A DNA stretch of 64,000 nucleotides, taken from positions 1,002,801 to 1,066,800 of the forward strand of contig MU004184.1 of the NCBI GenBank assembly GCA_010093605.1, in the 5' to 3' direction. Numbering within the stretch: the stretch's first letter is position 1; each line of letters begins with the position of its first letter. This stretch comes from Lophium mytilinum (taxonomy: Eukaryota). The notes under the pieces were generated by a model that was given only the letters and a program-made list of their open reading frames with translations, was not told where the DNA came from and made no database searches. Shown one piece after another: positions 47,246-59,694 of the stretch. Made by a program: the position numbers and the translations under genes.

Positions 47246-47478
47246 AGAAGGATAGAGCTTCTTCATAAACAACCCGAATCCACAAGCAAGACCTAGTCCA
47301 TAATCAGTCAAATATCCAGACACAGAATCTTCCCATACCGCCCACGATCAACTCTCTTGTCGCTTTCAAGTTAGCCAGAAGATCCATCAACCCCTCAGAC
47401 CTCGATAGTAATCACGAACGACGGTCCTCACCTCCAGACTGCTAGAAGTGCCCCCCGCATCAAGGCTCCCAGTTCATT

Positions 47479-47874
47479 ATGTCCCGTTCAACCGGCGTCA
47501 CGACACCAGTCTGCGCAGAAAAGCGTTTCGTCGGCACATGTCGCCATCCGATAGACTGGGTTCCAGAAAAGACGGAAAAGTTTACATACTGCATGTTACG
47601 CGGCTTCGACCCAGAAGCGCCGCCGCGCTGCGACTGTCCACCGAACCAAATCGTAATAGTAGAACATCCCTCGAAGGAGAAATGCGTACACTGCGGATCT
47701 CTCGAGCTTGCTTTGGAGAACATAAAACGGAGATACGGAGCGACAGGCCTAGAGACGGAGAAGAAGATACAGGAGGCGTACTGGAGGCATGATGCCGCGA
47801 CGAAGGAGTTGAAAAAGATGATGATGGAGATGGAGGCGGAGAGTGCGGCTAGTACAGCTGGTCAGGGGAGTTAG
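47479..47874 (+). CDS. Small non-secreted Cys/His-rich protein B (Cx8CxH...C...CxC...CxxC, helical tail)
   Basis: 131-aa ORF with Zn-ligand-like spacing, downstream of the shared promoter block. Confidence 0.65.
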   Translation: MSRSTGVTTPVCAEKRFVGTCRHPIDWVPEKTEKFTYCMLRGFDPEAPPRCDCPPNQIVIVEHPSKEKCVHCGSLELALENIKRRYGATGLETEKKIQEAYWRHDAATKELKKMMMEMEAESAASTAGQGS

Positions 47875-48473
47875 AGGAAGGGTGATACGGCTGAGATATT
47901 ATGTTCTTGTTTCTTTCCCTGTCCCCTTTCCTGGTGTCTTCTTTCCCGAGATACCCAAATGTACTTCTGCGTGTTTCTTATTAGCATTCTAATATTCCAA
48001 ATCTCCCTTTGTAGGTTGTCTCTTTCGTTCTCATCATTTACTTCCCGGTATCCTTTTGGATGCCTGCAACCAGCCCCACTTTCTTTCCCTTCATTCTAAG
48101 TTTTGGACGCTCACACGGAGCTAATCCGAGGACCTTATTGCGGGTGTTATGCGTGTAAGGACGGATATAGAATGTACAGTTTCATACCACCATCTCATCG
48201 TCCAAGTATAAGCCACCTTCCCGCATGAAATCAATAAGTAATGTCGAAATCCCCAACCGCGAACCCCCGACTTGATGCCAGTGAAGAGATAGAGATTGGT
48301 GTGATGGAAGAGAGGTTGTAGAGAATAGATCGCGGAGTATGGTATGGCCGGAAGACAAGAACACAATTTCTTTTTTCCGACGTGAGTGGCATAAAGTAGA
48401 GAAGATCAGATGTGGAAAATAAAGACCTCCTTGAATTGCAATGACTCTTTTGTAGGCTGAGAGACTCTCTCGC

Positions 48474-49814
48474 TCATAGCTTCGCCGGCTGCCCCAAAAC
48501 CCTCAAATCATTCCGACTTAGCTCCCCGAGACTCCTCTTCCCCATATTTCCCAGCATGTTATCCGTATCTGCGGCGATACACCTCAGCACATGCTTCACC
48601 CCTTCCTCCCCATCTATAGCCAACCCATACATGAACGGCCGTCCCACCATGACCGCCTTCGCTCCTAGTGCGATCGCCTTGAGTACATCACTCCCAGTCC
48701 GTATCCCACTATCGAACAGCACCGTAATCCCCGACCTCTTCACGGTCTCGTCCGCAGCAATCTCCGCAAGGGCATCCAGAGACGCAATCGCGCCATCTAG
48801 CTGCCGTCCGCCATGGTTGGAAACGACGATGCCGTCCATACCATACTCAACCGCCTTTTGCGCATCCCCAACGGTCTGAATACCCTTCAACACGATCGGC
48901 CCATCCCAGTACTTCTTCAAGATCTCGAGATGCTTCCACTCGCGATAGGTCCCGGAGTTGAGAATACTCATCCACGCCTGCGCTTTTTTCATCGTCGCCG
49001 CATTCGCCACAACCTTCGCGGCTCCAGAAATAGACCCAGGTCGCCGAATCGTCTCCAACGCCTCCCCCAGCCGCGTCGTGAACCCCTTCTCCGTCCTCTC
49101 CCTTGCCAACTGCTCCTCGTAGCGTGCGTTGAACACAGGGTCTGAAAGCCCGACCTGGCACCCCTGGCCATATATAAACGGCAAATAACTCGCATCCAGA
49201 TCCTCAGGGCGCCAAGCAAGGGTAAAAGTATCCAGCGTCACCACGAGCACTTTATAGCTCTCTGCTTTCGCGCGGTTCAGTAGGCTCACAGTGATCTCTT
49301 CGGCTTGCGGCTTCGGCCAGTAGAGCTGGAACCACCGGTCCCCATTCCCATTCGCGGCCGCCACCTGCTCAATCGACCGCGTCGCCGCGCTCGACAACAC
49401 CATCGGGATCTTCAACGCCTTGCAGGCGCGCGCGGTGGCTTCTTCCGCGTAGGGATGCATGATCTCTTGCACGCCTACCGGCCCTACGATCAGGGGTCCG
49501 GGGTACGTTATTCCGAAGAGCTCGACGGAAAGGTCGCGGCGCGTCGCGTTGACGAGCATAGACGGGCGAAGACGGTACCGTTTGAACGCGTCGGTGTTTT
49601 CGCGGTGCGTGTCTCCGCTTGAAGCGGCGCCGTAAACGTATTTGAAATTTGGAGCTGGTAGAATCGCTCGTGCGCGGGCTTCCCATTCTGATGGTTTTGT
49701 GGAGATGGAGGGGGCGCGGAGAGCAGAGTAGATGGTGCGTTGGTATTGTGTTGGCGCAATGGCGGATGGGGTGGTGTAAGGTTGGTTGGCTGATGATGGC
49801 TTTGAGGGAGACAT
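48474..49814 (-). CDS. FMN-dependent alpha-hydroxy acid oxidase/dehydrogenase (lactate 2-monooxygenase-like)
   Basis: WFQLYW, VLKGI, SNHGGRQLD, DSGIRTGSD, GRP motifs; intronless 446 aa. Confidence 0.93.
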   Translation of the reverse strand: MSPSKPSSANQPYTTPSAIAPTQYQRTIYSALRAPSISTKPSEWEARARAILPAPNFKYVYGAASSGDTHRENTDAFKRYRLRPSMLVNATRRDLSVELFGITYPGPLIVGPVGVQEIMHPYAEEATARACKALKIPMVLSSAATRSIEQVAAANGNGDRWFQLYWPKPQAEEITVSLLNRAKAESYKVLVVTLDTFTLAWRPEDLDASYLPFIYGQGCQVGLSDPVFNARYEEQLARERTEKGFTTRLGEALETIRRPGSISGAAKVVANAATMKKAQAWMSILNSGTYREWKHLEILKKYWDGPIVLKGIQTVGDAQKAVEYGMDGIVVSNHGGRQLDGAIASLDALAEIAADETVKRSGITVLFDSGIRTGSDVLKAIALGAKAVMVGRPFMYGLAIDGEEGVKHVLRCIAADTDNMLGNMGKRSLGELSRNDLRVLGQPAKL

Positions 49815-50392
49815 TGAGATGCTTGAAAGCTGTTAGAGATGGAATTCAGGGATGAGGACGTGATAAGTATGATCAGAAGAGACTTCAAAAAGAAAAAATC
49901 TCCTTGGCGGATTTTTGAATGAGAGAAGACGCTAGGCTTTGACACGATATGATAACTAGAACGAAAAGCAAACTCTCGAGGGAGAATTGATGTTCATTGA
50001 AGGAGTTGAAGTAGAATTTAAGATCAATGGAAATCCCGAGGCCCATCCCTAACAGGCAAAGCGTAAAATGGTCTATGCGGGGTTAGACCCCCTGTGAATG
50101 TTCGAAGCACCCGACTCAACCGAGCCAACCGATACATGTTCAGCGGTTCTAATTCACTGTTCTGTAAACCTCTTCTTATTTTCTTAGCTAGCAACGTTCT
50201 AAAGTAGTAAAAGCAAGCTAGTTGAGACATTATAGATCGCTACTCTAACTCCGTATTACGTCCGCCCTATGTCATTTCTAAGCATAGTCTCTGATCTACA
50301 TAAAGTCAAATTATATTTCTATCGTCTCAAAACCGTCAATCTCAACACCTCCATTCAAATGAACAAAACTCTCATCCTTCCTTAAATTCAAT

Positions 50393-51346
50393 ATGCTCGC
50401 CCTCACCTCCGCAACCGGCAAACTCGGCTCCGCCGTCATCTCCTCCCTCCTCTCCTCCTTCACCACCATCATCCCTCCCTCCCAACTGGTAATCTGCACA
50501 TCCTCCGATCCCTCCTCCGCCCAATTCGCCCCCCTCACCGCAAAAGGCGCCACGATCCGCCCCATGACCTACGACTCCCCCTCGAGCATGGAATCCGCCT
50601 TCGCGGGCTGCACCGCCCTCTTCCTCGTCTCCTCCCCACGGATCTCAATGGACTTCAACAACGCGCCCCCAGGTCAGGGCCGCGAAGCCCACCACATCGC
50701 CGCCATCGACGCGGCCCGCAAAGCCGGTGTAAAGCACATTTACTACTCGAGCCTTGCGTTTGCTTTCCACCCCAACACAGCCATGGATAAGAGCTTGGCG
50801 GGCGTCATGACCGCCCACCTTCGCACTGAAGCGTACCTCGCTTCTTCAACTGATATCAGCTATACGGTCATCCGCGAGGGGCTGTATAGCGAGTCGTGGC
50901 CGCTCTACCTCGGGTACTACGAACCGAAGCACGATGAGAGATCTGAGATTATTGTGGCTGGAGACGGTAAGATTAGTTGGACGGCTATAGCAGATATGGC
51001 GTTCTGCACCGCTGCAATCCTGTCGGCGCCGCGCGAGGAGTGGGCGGGGAAGATGTGCTACCTGTCGCAGCGGAGGGCGCTGACGCTGGAAGAGGTAGCG
51101 GGAGTGGTGGGGGAGGTGAAGGGGAAGAAGATAGGGGTGAAGGTGGTGGGGAGAGAAGAGTATGAGCGGTATTATGTTGAAGAGCGGGGAAGGGAGGTGG
51201 ATGCGGTGAGGTGGTGGAGTAGTACGTATGCGGCGTTGAAGGATGGGGAGTGTGCGGTTGAGCAGCCGTTGTTGGAGGATATGTTGAGGGAGGCGGGGAG
51301 GGTCCCGAAGGGGGTGGAGGAGACAATTAGAGAGATGCTTGCTTGA
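50393..51346 (+). CDS. NmrA-like atypical SDR / NAD(P)H-binding oxidoreductase
   Basis: TSATGKLG Rossmann motif, AIDAARKAGVKHIYYSS, H..TE..L motif. Confidence 0.88.
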   Translation: MLALTSATGKLGSAVISSLLSSFTTIIPPSQLVICTSSDPSSAQFAPLTAKGATIRPMTYDSPSSMESAFAGCTALFLVSSPRISMDFNNAPPGQGREAHHIAAIDAARKAGVKHIYYSSLAFAFHPNTAMDKSLAGVMTAHLRTEAYLASSTDISYTVIREGLYSESWPLYLGYYEPKHDERSEIIVAGDGKISWTAIADMAFCTAAILSAPREEWAGKMCYLSQRRALTLEEVAGVVGEVKGKKIGVKVVGREEYERYYVEERGREVDAVRWWSSTYAALKDGECAVEQPLLEDMLREAGRVPKGVEETIREMLA

Positions 51347-51476
51347 TCGTGGTTTAGAAAGGCTAGTTTTTTACATGTCGGTGTTTGATGGTTGAGGTGG
51401 TGGGAGTGTATGCACTGTATAATAGTATATATTTTTGATCTTTGTTATTTGTTCTGGAGGTTGATGCTATCGCCTT

Positions 51477-53322
51477 CTACATCTTTTTCCACTCATTGGC
51501 ATTCTCCCACGCATAGGCAACCTTCAGAATCGTTTCTTCTGCCCACCACTTGCCGACAATCTGCATGCCAACAGGCAGTTTCGTCCCCGAGCCTTTGAGA
51601 GGCCCTTCCTGTATTTCCAGCATTCCAATGGGTAATGTGAGTGCGGGATGGCCGGTCTGATTGAATTGACATGCTTTTACGCGCGTTAGCCGACATAGAG
51701 CACCACAACGGAGAATCTGATAACTCACTGTTGCTTACCAAGCCAACCTGCTTGGCAATCTGCTGGAGCGGAGTTGCATCAGGCTCACAGTGGCTTGTCG
51801 CAATATAGGGAAGAGTAGGCGTAATCAAGACATCATAGTCCCGCAACGCGATATCGTATGCATCTCGGAGCTTGCGAGACAGATTCGTCGACTTCGATGT
51901 CAAATTCGGGAAGTTCTTACGCGCATATTCACCGTTCAGGTAGATATTCTTGGTTCTTTGGCACACGTTAGCGCGTCAAGACCTTGGGGTGCTGCAGGCG
52001 AGGAGGGATGTCTTACGATACATAAGCTTCGTCAAAGTTTTCTTGCTTCATATCGTTGAATTTTGCATTGAGTTCCACCATTTGATGCCCTCGCCTGCCA
52101 AAAGGACCAACGGTTTTATTCAAGAAGCCAGCGTATTTGCTGACGCCGGTCCAGATCGCGGGTCCTATGTTGTGCATTGGAACGCTGACTTCTTCTACTT
52201 GAGCACCTAAGCTCTTGAAAGACGCCGCGGCGCGCTCGAACGTAGCTTTGACGCGTGGGTCGAGGACCGCCATTGTCAGGGACTCCGAGATTATGCCAAT
52301 CCGTATTTTGGTAATATCCACCGAAGTAGCTAGCTTCTCCAGGTCTGTTCCATACTTCGGTATTAAAGCAGGGTTCGGTGCCGCAAAGCCACGATCATCG
52401 ATATTGTCGTTGCCAGATATTGCCTGCAGTAGAAATGCGTTCTCAAGCACCGTACGCGTCATAGGTCCCAGGTGGTCATTTGTCGGCTCATTGCTGCCAC
52501 AGCCAGTGTATGGTATCAACCCGAATGTTGGTTTGAAGCCTACAAGACCGCAATTGCAAGCCGGTATCCTCACGCTGCCTCCCTGGTCTGCTCCAATACC
52601 CATATCGGCTTCGCCTAGTGCAACCAGCACCCCGCATCCACTCGAGCTTCCACCACTGCTGTATCCATGGGCAAAGGGGTTCTGGACGGGCCCGGTAGCC
52701 GCTGAGTGGGAGGTAGCGCTGTGGCAGAGATTCTCGCAAACGGCTTTTCCGGTGATCTGACCGCCGGCTTCGAGGACGCGGGTTACGACAGTGGCATCGG
52801 TGCTCTACAAGACCCAATGTTAGAGAACGTACAGCTAGAAGAAATCCTAACAGCTTACTGGGACGTAATCTTTGACGAAGTTGGTCCCCATCAGCATAGG
52901 AACATCTTTGACTCCAATGTTGTCCTTTAAAACCACTGTCTTCCCTTTCCACAGCTCAGGTGGGCTTGTTGCAGTCCGCTGCGACGGCTTCTTGTCCTGT
53001 ATGTCCACTTTCCATGCCCAGGCCCCATGTTTGTTCTCTTCAGGTTTAGGGAAGTGTACGTTCTCTCGTGGAAATCGCTCGCGGTCCACGGAGGGCTCAT
53101 AATCTGGATGGATCGTTAGTGCTCGGAGAGCTACCACGACGCGTCCTTCTTACCAGGCATCTCCATCAACTCCACCGCCGAGTCATGGAACACTGCAAGC
53201 AGCTTCCTATAGTCTTCCTTCTCCTCATCCTTGATTGTGACACTTAAGGCAGCCAGAGTCTCGTTCAATACATCGTGGGTAACAGGATTGCCTTGCCTGG
53301 CGATCAAGGAATGTACAGACAT
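51477..53322 (-). CDS. Amidase-signature family enzyme (multi-exon)
   Basis: Ser-cisSer-Lys triad motifs VLKDN, GGSSSG and GADQGGSVRIP; GFKPTFG; LPVGMQIVG. Confidence 0.92.
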
Positions 53323-53674
53323 GTTTGAAGCTGAATGACTCCATACTGGGAGTCCCCCAGGATACGAGGTCCTCCATCTGGGAGAGTGGGCGACTGTTGC
53401 CGTAGTTCGCTGACAATTGGGATGTGGAGAGAGCTCGTCGGTCAAGAGTTGCCGATGACGGGAGCTTCGAAATCGGAAGGCTGCTCCCGATCTTATCCCC
53501 TCCACTCCTCATCACTCATACCCCACAATTGCAGGCAGTCCCTGAACCCCTGCGATCTGTTGAAGTGATGGTCATCGGTATTAGTCTAGTTAACATGCAT
53601 AGAGCAGAATACAGGTAGAGTAAGGATACTTTTCCATCTCCCAGTCTGCAGGTTAATCTCTCAATATCCCTATC

Positions 53675-54816
53675 ATGGTCCATACCGAAGAATCTCTGCA
53701 GTTGCCTCGTGATTTCGAAGGTCAACTCTTTCGTTGGAACTATCAATTGCATCGCTAATTGAAGATAGGCTTCGGAGAAGGATCTCACGATTGCAAATGG
53801 CCCAATGGCGCGCGCATCGCGATTTCCTTCATTCTGAACTATGAGGAAGGCGGCGAGCGGAACATTGCCGATGGCGATGAGTACTCAGAGCCTTATTTAT
53901 GGGAGAAAGGCACATCTGGAGGCATCAAAACCGGCGCGCGTTATCTCAATGCGGAACAAGATTTTGAAGTAGGACTGACGCTCTATCATTCGAAATGGCA
54001 CTGACTCGGGCTGCAGTACGGGAGCCGAATTGGCTGCTGGAGAATTATGAGGCTTTTCAAGGAGCTTGGGTGGCAAATCACAATCTATGCCATAGCGCAG
54101 GCAATGGAAAGGAATCCTAAATTCGCCAAAGCATGCATACGGGAGGGACATGAAATTGCAGCACACGGTATATCAATCGTCTTCCCATCATTGTTATACT
54201 CAAGCTTATTTAGTGCTATTTAGGCCTGCGCTGGCTCGAGTTCTGGGACTACAGCCTCGAAGACGACAAGAAATACATCAAAGACACATGCCTCGCGCTC
54301 AAAGCCGCGACTGGAGAGATGCCTGTAGGATTCTACTTCGGACGCGGCACCCCTCAAACCCACGCACTCGCCCCAATCGTCTTCAAAGAGATGGATACAC
54401 CTCTCCTCTACTCCTCTGAATGCTATAACGACGATGTGCCATACTGGATCGATCTACCGTGGGAAGCAGAGCTGCCAGAAGCCCAGCGCGAGGGCATGCT
54501 ACTTGTGCCGTACAACTACGACTGCAATGACGGGAAGTTTCACATGGCTCCAGGTTTCATGACTTCCGCTGGGCAAACGTACGAGAGCTACTTGAAGAGC
54601 ACTTTTGATATGCTATATCGCGAGGGCGGGAAGATGATGAATGTGCCGATGCACTCTCGCATCTTAGGAAAGCCGGGGAGGGCGGAGGCGCTGCGGAACT
54701 TTTTGAAGTATGTATCGGAGAAGGAAGGGGTCTGGGTGACTACAAGGCGAGACATTGCGAAGCACTACAGGGCGACATTCCCGTACAAACCTGGTAGTCG
54801 GGCTGGTGGTGCATGA
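53675..54816 (+). CDS. Polysaccharide-deacetylase-fold hydrolase of the PuuE-like (metal-independent allantoinase) subfamily
   Basis: Spliced PRDFEG...WPNGARIAISFILNYEEGGE, EYGSR, HEIAAHG-LRW (Glu-His-Trp pattern), PMHSRILGKPGR. Confidence 0.85.
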
Positions 54817-55439
54817 TCCAGATCTCACGAAAACGATGAATACACGCCCAGGCCTGGGCAAGAGGTGCTAATTCGACCAATAACACAAATAACACGTACC
54901 AAAAGTCTAAAGTTCACCTTGGGATACACGTCAAATGCTCTCATAGCCATCGGTAACTTTTATACCTAGTGCCTGGCATGTCAACGCTAGCTTATCGACA
55001 CTATCAGGGCTGACGGGACCAAACACCATACGCCACTAGCCGGCCGCTGAGCTACCCTGTCGATCGCCGGTTCCCACATGTTTCCCGGGGTGCTACCGCG
55101 CCTATTATGACTGCACTCACGCTGCCAGAGATAAGCCATCTGCCGACTTTCACGACTCGGTCGTTTCCCGTCGGAAGCACGTATGCTGTCCCGATGTCTT
55201 CTCACGCATTGTATGGACAGCGAGCACGATTGTGTGACGCGGGACCCTGACTATGATACCGATGCCCCAGCGTGGGAGGTCCAGGCCTGCTAGCCACAGG
55301 ATTGAAACACCTAAACCATCCGCTTGGGACGGAGAGGTGGGAGGATGATCTCTATATATTCGTTGTGGGGCTCCGCTACTTCCCAACCTCAACTCTCCAT
55401 TCTCAAGTCAAATTTGGTTCTAAGCCATTGGTATTCAAG

Positions 55440-57289
55440 ATGGCCGACGAGAAAAACGCAATCCACTCTGCGGCACCTAGCTCCCCCACTCACTCCAAGG
55501 AGTATGCCATTGGCGACACTGAGGCTGTGGTGTTTGATGATGATGATGAGCATGAGGTCTTCAAGAAGAATACGGATGGTGTGAACTTCAGGACTGTGGG
55601 ATGGGTGAGGGCGAGTGTGATCTTTTTGAAGAGTGGGTTGGGATCTGACCTTCGTCCCGAATTCAAAAGCTGATATCGTAATACAGTCATCTTCGCAACT
55701 GGTGTCCTGGGTATCCCCTCCGCTATGTATTCGCTGGGTACGACATCCCCCCCAACTTCGACGCTTGAGAAGATCTAGAACTGATGTTGTGGAACAGGTG
55801 CTGTGGGTGGTGCGCTAAGCGTAATTGGATGGGGAGCGCTGAATACATGTTAGCATTACCTATGACTCCGAACTTTCTACTAGATCTCAGGACTGACATA
55901 CGAATCCAGACACGGCCGTGGTCCAAGGCGACTTTCGCAACAATCACCCAGGCTGCCATAGCATCGCCGATATGGCGAAAGTGCTTGGGGGAACGGCACT
56001 CAAAGAAGTAACTGGGGCTCTATTCATCATTGCGTAAGTCCTTCAAACCTCCAAGCACATCGCCTCCATGATGCGTACAGATCCTGATCAGTTTTTCAGC
56101 TACGTCCTCTGCACTGGCTCCGGCATCTTAGGTGTCTCTATCGGCCTCAACGCTCTCTCAACCCACGCCGCCTGCTCCGTCTGGTGGTCCTTCCTAGCCA
56201 CAGTTGTAGTCATGGCCGCCGCCTCCGTACGGACATTCCACAAAGTCGCCTGGTTAACATGGGCTGGCTTCGCCTCGATCTTCACCGCTGTATTCATTGT
56301 TGTGTAAGTTGTTCCCCCAACGTTTCCCTCTCCCATTCCACCACCACCCCCCCTATCGCCCGCCCCTAAAGCTCTCTCCTAACCCACACCCCCAGCATCG
56401 GCGTCACAACCCGCGACCGCCCCGCCTCCGCCCCCCAATCCGGCCCCTACGACTTCGGCTACCACGTCATCGCCTACCCAACCTTCGCGGCCGGCATGAC
56501 GGCCTCCGCGACCATCTTCGTCTCTTCCGCGGGCACCTCCGCCTTCCTCCCCGTGATTTCTGAAATGCGCCAACCGAAAGACTACCGCAAAGCCCTCTTC
56601 GCCTGCATGGGAATCGTTCAAGCCGCATACCTCTCCTTCTCGCTCGTCGTCTACAAATGGTGCGGCAAATGGGTCTCGAACCCCTCCCTCGGCTCCGCCG
56701 GCCCCGTGATCAAGAAAGTCGCCTACGGCATCGGCCTCGTCGGCCTCATCGTCAGCGCATGCCTATACCTCCACGTCGCTGCGAAATACATGTTCGTGCG
56801 CATCCTCCGCAATAGTAAGCACCTGCAAGCCAACACGGTCGTGCATTGGTCCGTGTGGCTGGGCTGCACCCTCGGGCTCGCGTCGCTCGCGTTTATCTTG
56901 GCTGAGGCGATCCCGATTTTCAGCTATTTGCTGGCGTTGACGGGGAGTATTTGCTTTGCGCCGCTGGCGATTATGCTGCCGGGGTGGTTGTGGATTCACG
57001 ATCATGGGAGCTGGAGGAGGGGGGGAGTGGCGAAGATGGTGGTGTATTATTTGCATTTTTTGATGATTGCGATTGGTGCGTTTTTGTGTGTGGGTGGGAC
57101 GTATGGGACGGTGTTGGCGATCAAGGCGGCGTATGCTAATGGGACGGTTGGTGAGTGTTCCCGTATTCCCCTCAATCTCTTTCTTTCTTTTCTAGGGGAA
57201 ACTTCCTTGGTTTTAGGGCTGAAGATGCTAACGTTCATACAGGCACCGCGTTCGCTTGCGCGGATAACTCGAACTCGGTTGCGCACTAG
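55440..57289 (+). CDS. Amino acid permease (Aa_trans/Mtr-like family, multi-exon)
   Basis: VNFRTVGW, FLPVISEMRQPKDY, ILAEAIPIFS and C-terminal FACADNS motifs; many hydrophobic segments. Confidence 0.9.
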
Positions 57290-57350
57290 AATCTCCTGGA
57301 TCGCAGCGTCTAGATTATATAGAAACGACACCTAGAGTAATAGACCACGC

Positions 57351-59313
57351 TTAACGCGTGCTTCCGCACAGCTCCCGGCTACGATTCGCACGTGCTTCGT
57401 CGACCCATTCCTCGTTAACCCCGATGTGCAACCCCATCGCCATCCCGCTCGCTTGGTGCCACAGCAGATGACAGTGCAGCATCCATATCCCCGGGTTATC
57501 CGCCAGGAACCTAATCACCACGTAACCCCGCCTAGGTATAAAAACCGTGTCTTTCTTCACCGGGTTCACGAGATTCACTACCCCACCCGGTGGCTCGCTC
57601 CTGTCGAACGGGTTGTAGCTTCCGTAGCTCATAGTGGTGTCGAGGTCCGCGGCGTAGGTTGAGAGCACCCAGAAGTCGTGACCGTGGAGGTGGAAGGGGT
57701 GGCCGCCGTCGTCGAGGTTGTTGATGACAAGGTCGATGGTTTGAGGGTGTTCAGGAGTGGAGGGGAGGAAGGGGACGAATTGGTTGGAGTCCCATTGGGA
57801 GCGAGGGAGGGAGAGGAGGGGAAAAGGTGGGCTGGATTGGGGTTTGTGGCTTGTGTGGTTCATGAAGCCGTGGGGGATGTTGGAGAGGCGGGATAATTTG
57901 AGGGTGGTGGTGTAGACGACGAGAGTATGGTCGCCGGTGAGTGGTAGGGCGGTGGGTAGGTGGGTGGATTTTAGAAGTTGGATATCGATAGTGGGTTTTA
58001 CGCGTTGGGAAGGGCGATTTGCTGTTTCCGTTTGGGAGTCTGTGGAGATGATGACTGGGTAGATGTGGGTTGCGGCAAGTGCGAGATTGGGATATCTGAA
58101 GCTGTCGTCGTCTAGGGCGATCTCTAGGGTGTATTGCTGCTTATTGGTCGGTCGCCACGACATGAGAATGTCTAATCGCTCTCCAGGATGCAGAACACCG
58201 ACTCCGCGAGCAGGACCTTGGACGTCGATTGGATGGCCACCATCGACAGTGATCGGTGTCAGAGAAGCTCCGGATAAGCGTAGACTGATGCCCGCGAGGG
58301 ATCCTGTGTTGATGACTCGATAGCGATACCGCTTTGAAGTATTCGTGCTGATGAATGGAGAATGCTCGGGGAAAATTGATATGCAGTCGACGGGCCGGGC
58401 AGGGACAGCGAGTGAGCAATTATACGCGCCGAGGCCATTGATGAGGAGGGAGTCTGGGACAGGCTCCATGCCATAAGACCCTGAAGGCGTTAGCTCAAAG
58501 CTGGTACTTGTATCCAATACACTTACCCGCTCGCATGTACCACTTGAGCACGTCCTCAGCAGGACGATGATACCAATCACCAATCATAAGCACACGGTCC
58601 TCATCGTATGAATGAGTAACAGTGGTTTCTATATCTACCGGCTCATGCACAATCAAAGCTCCATAAAGCCCATCTGCTCGTTGAACTTGCTCATGAGCAT
58701 GATACCAGAATGTGCCATGCTGGCCAGAGATTGGGATAGTGTACGTGAACGTCGATCCAGGAGGAATCGGGCACTGGGTCATTCCAATGGCACCATCGTA
58801 TTCAGCATGATTTCGCATGTGCAGCCCATGCCAATGGATAGACAGCCCTTCATCTTCTAACGCGTTCTCGACATGAATGATGAAAGTATCGCCGGATCGC
58901 GATTCTAGCGTTGGCCCAGGGAATAGTCCATTGATGAGATATACTTTCTTGGCCACGCCGTCAGGCCGTCTTATTTCAGAGGTCACTGTCCAGTTATGAT
59001 ACTTTATCTTCGGAGATCGTGATTGATGGGCCTGGGGATTCAAGACTAGGTCCAGTGGTCGTCGATGCTCGAGAGATGTCTCAATTGCTCCTAGGACCGG
59101 AGCCTGTGGATAACTTGGTCCATAATTGAGATAGGTAACAAGCACTGCCAAGATGAAGAACAGTGCAATGATACTCCGAGTGAAAAATGCCTTGTAGGAT
59201 GTACCACCTTCACGATGCTGATGAGAGGACGTCGAGGAGCCAGCGCTGGGGAGGACTTCAGAACCGAGCGCAGGATGGCTCCGTCTTCGCATCTCCATTC
59301 CTCCGCCCTCCAT
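57351..59313 (-). CDS. Multicopper oxidase with N-terminal transmembrane anchor
   Basis: All four Cu motifs: HWHG, WYHAH, HPFHLHG, HCHLLWHQASGM; one intron near 58525..58481. Confidence 0.93.
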
Positions 59314-59694
59314 CCATGGGGTCTCATTGACTTCTCATATGAGGAGCCAAATACAAGGAGCGTGGCCGTCTTTGTGCGATTAGGGCGTCATTGTGTGGTG
59401 AAGCAACTCCGCCACGGGGAAATACGCCTCGTCTTATTGGCCGCGTCACCTAGTTCCATCGACGTGCATCCATATCGAACCATGGCATCAGCACTCTTCC
59501 AGGCCTCTTTCGCCTCGACCCTTTAGGATGGTGCTGCCACACAAACTCCAACACGTTTAGCAAAGCAAACCTCCCACTCGCAGCGCTGTCACGCAGCTTC
59601 CGCACGCTGCCGACCTTGTGCGACCTCGACGTCGTCCCAACCGTGTCACGACGCAACAGCATGCACAGCGTGAATTAACTGTGGTAGAGCTACG

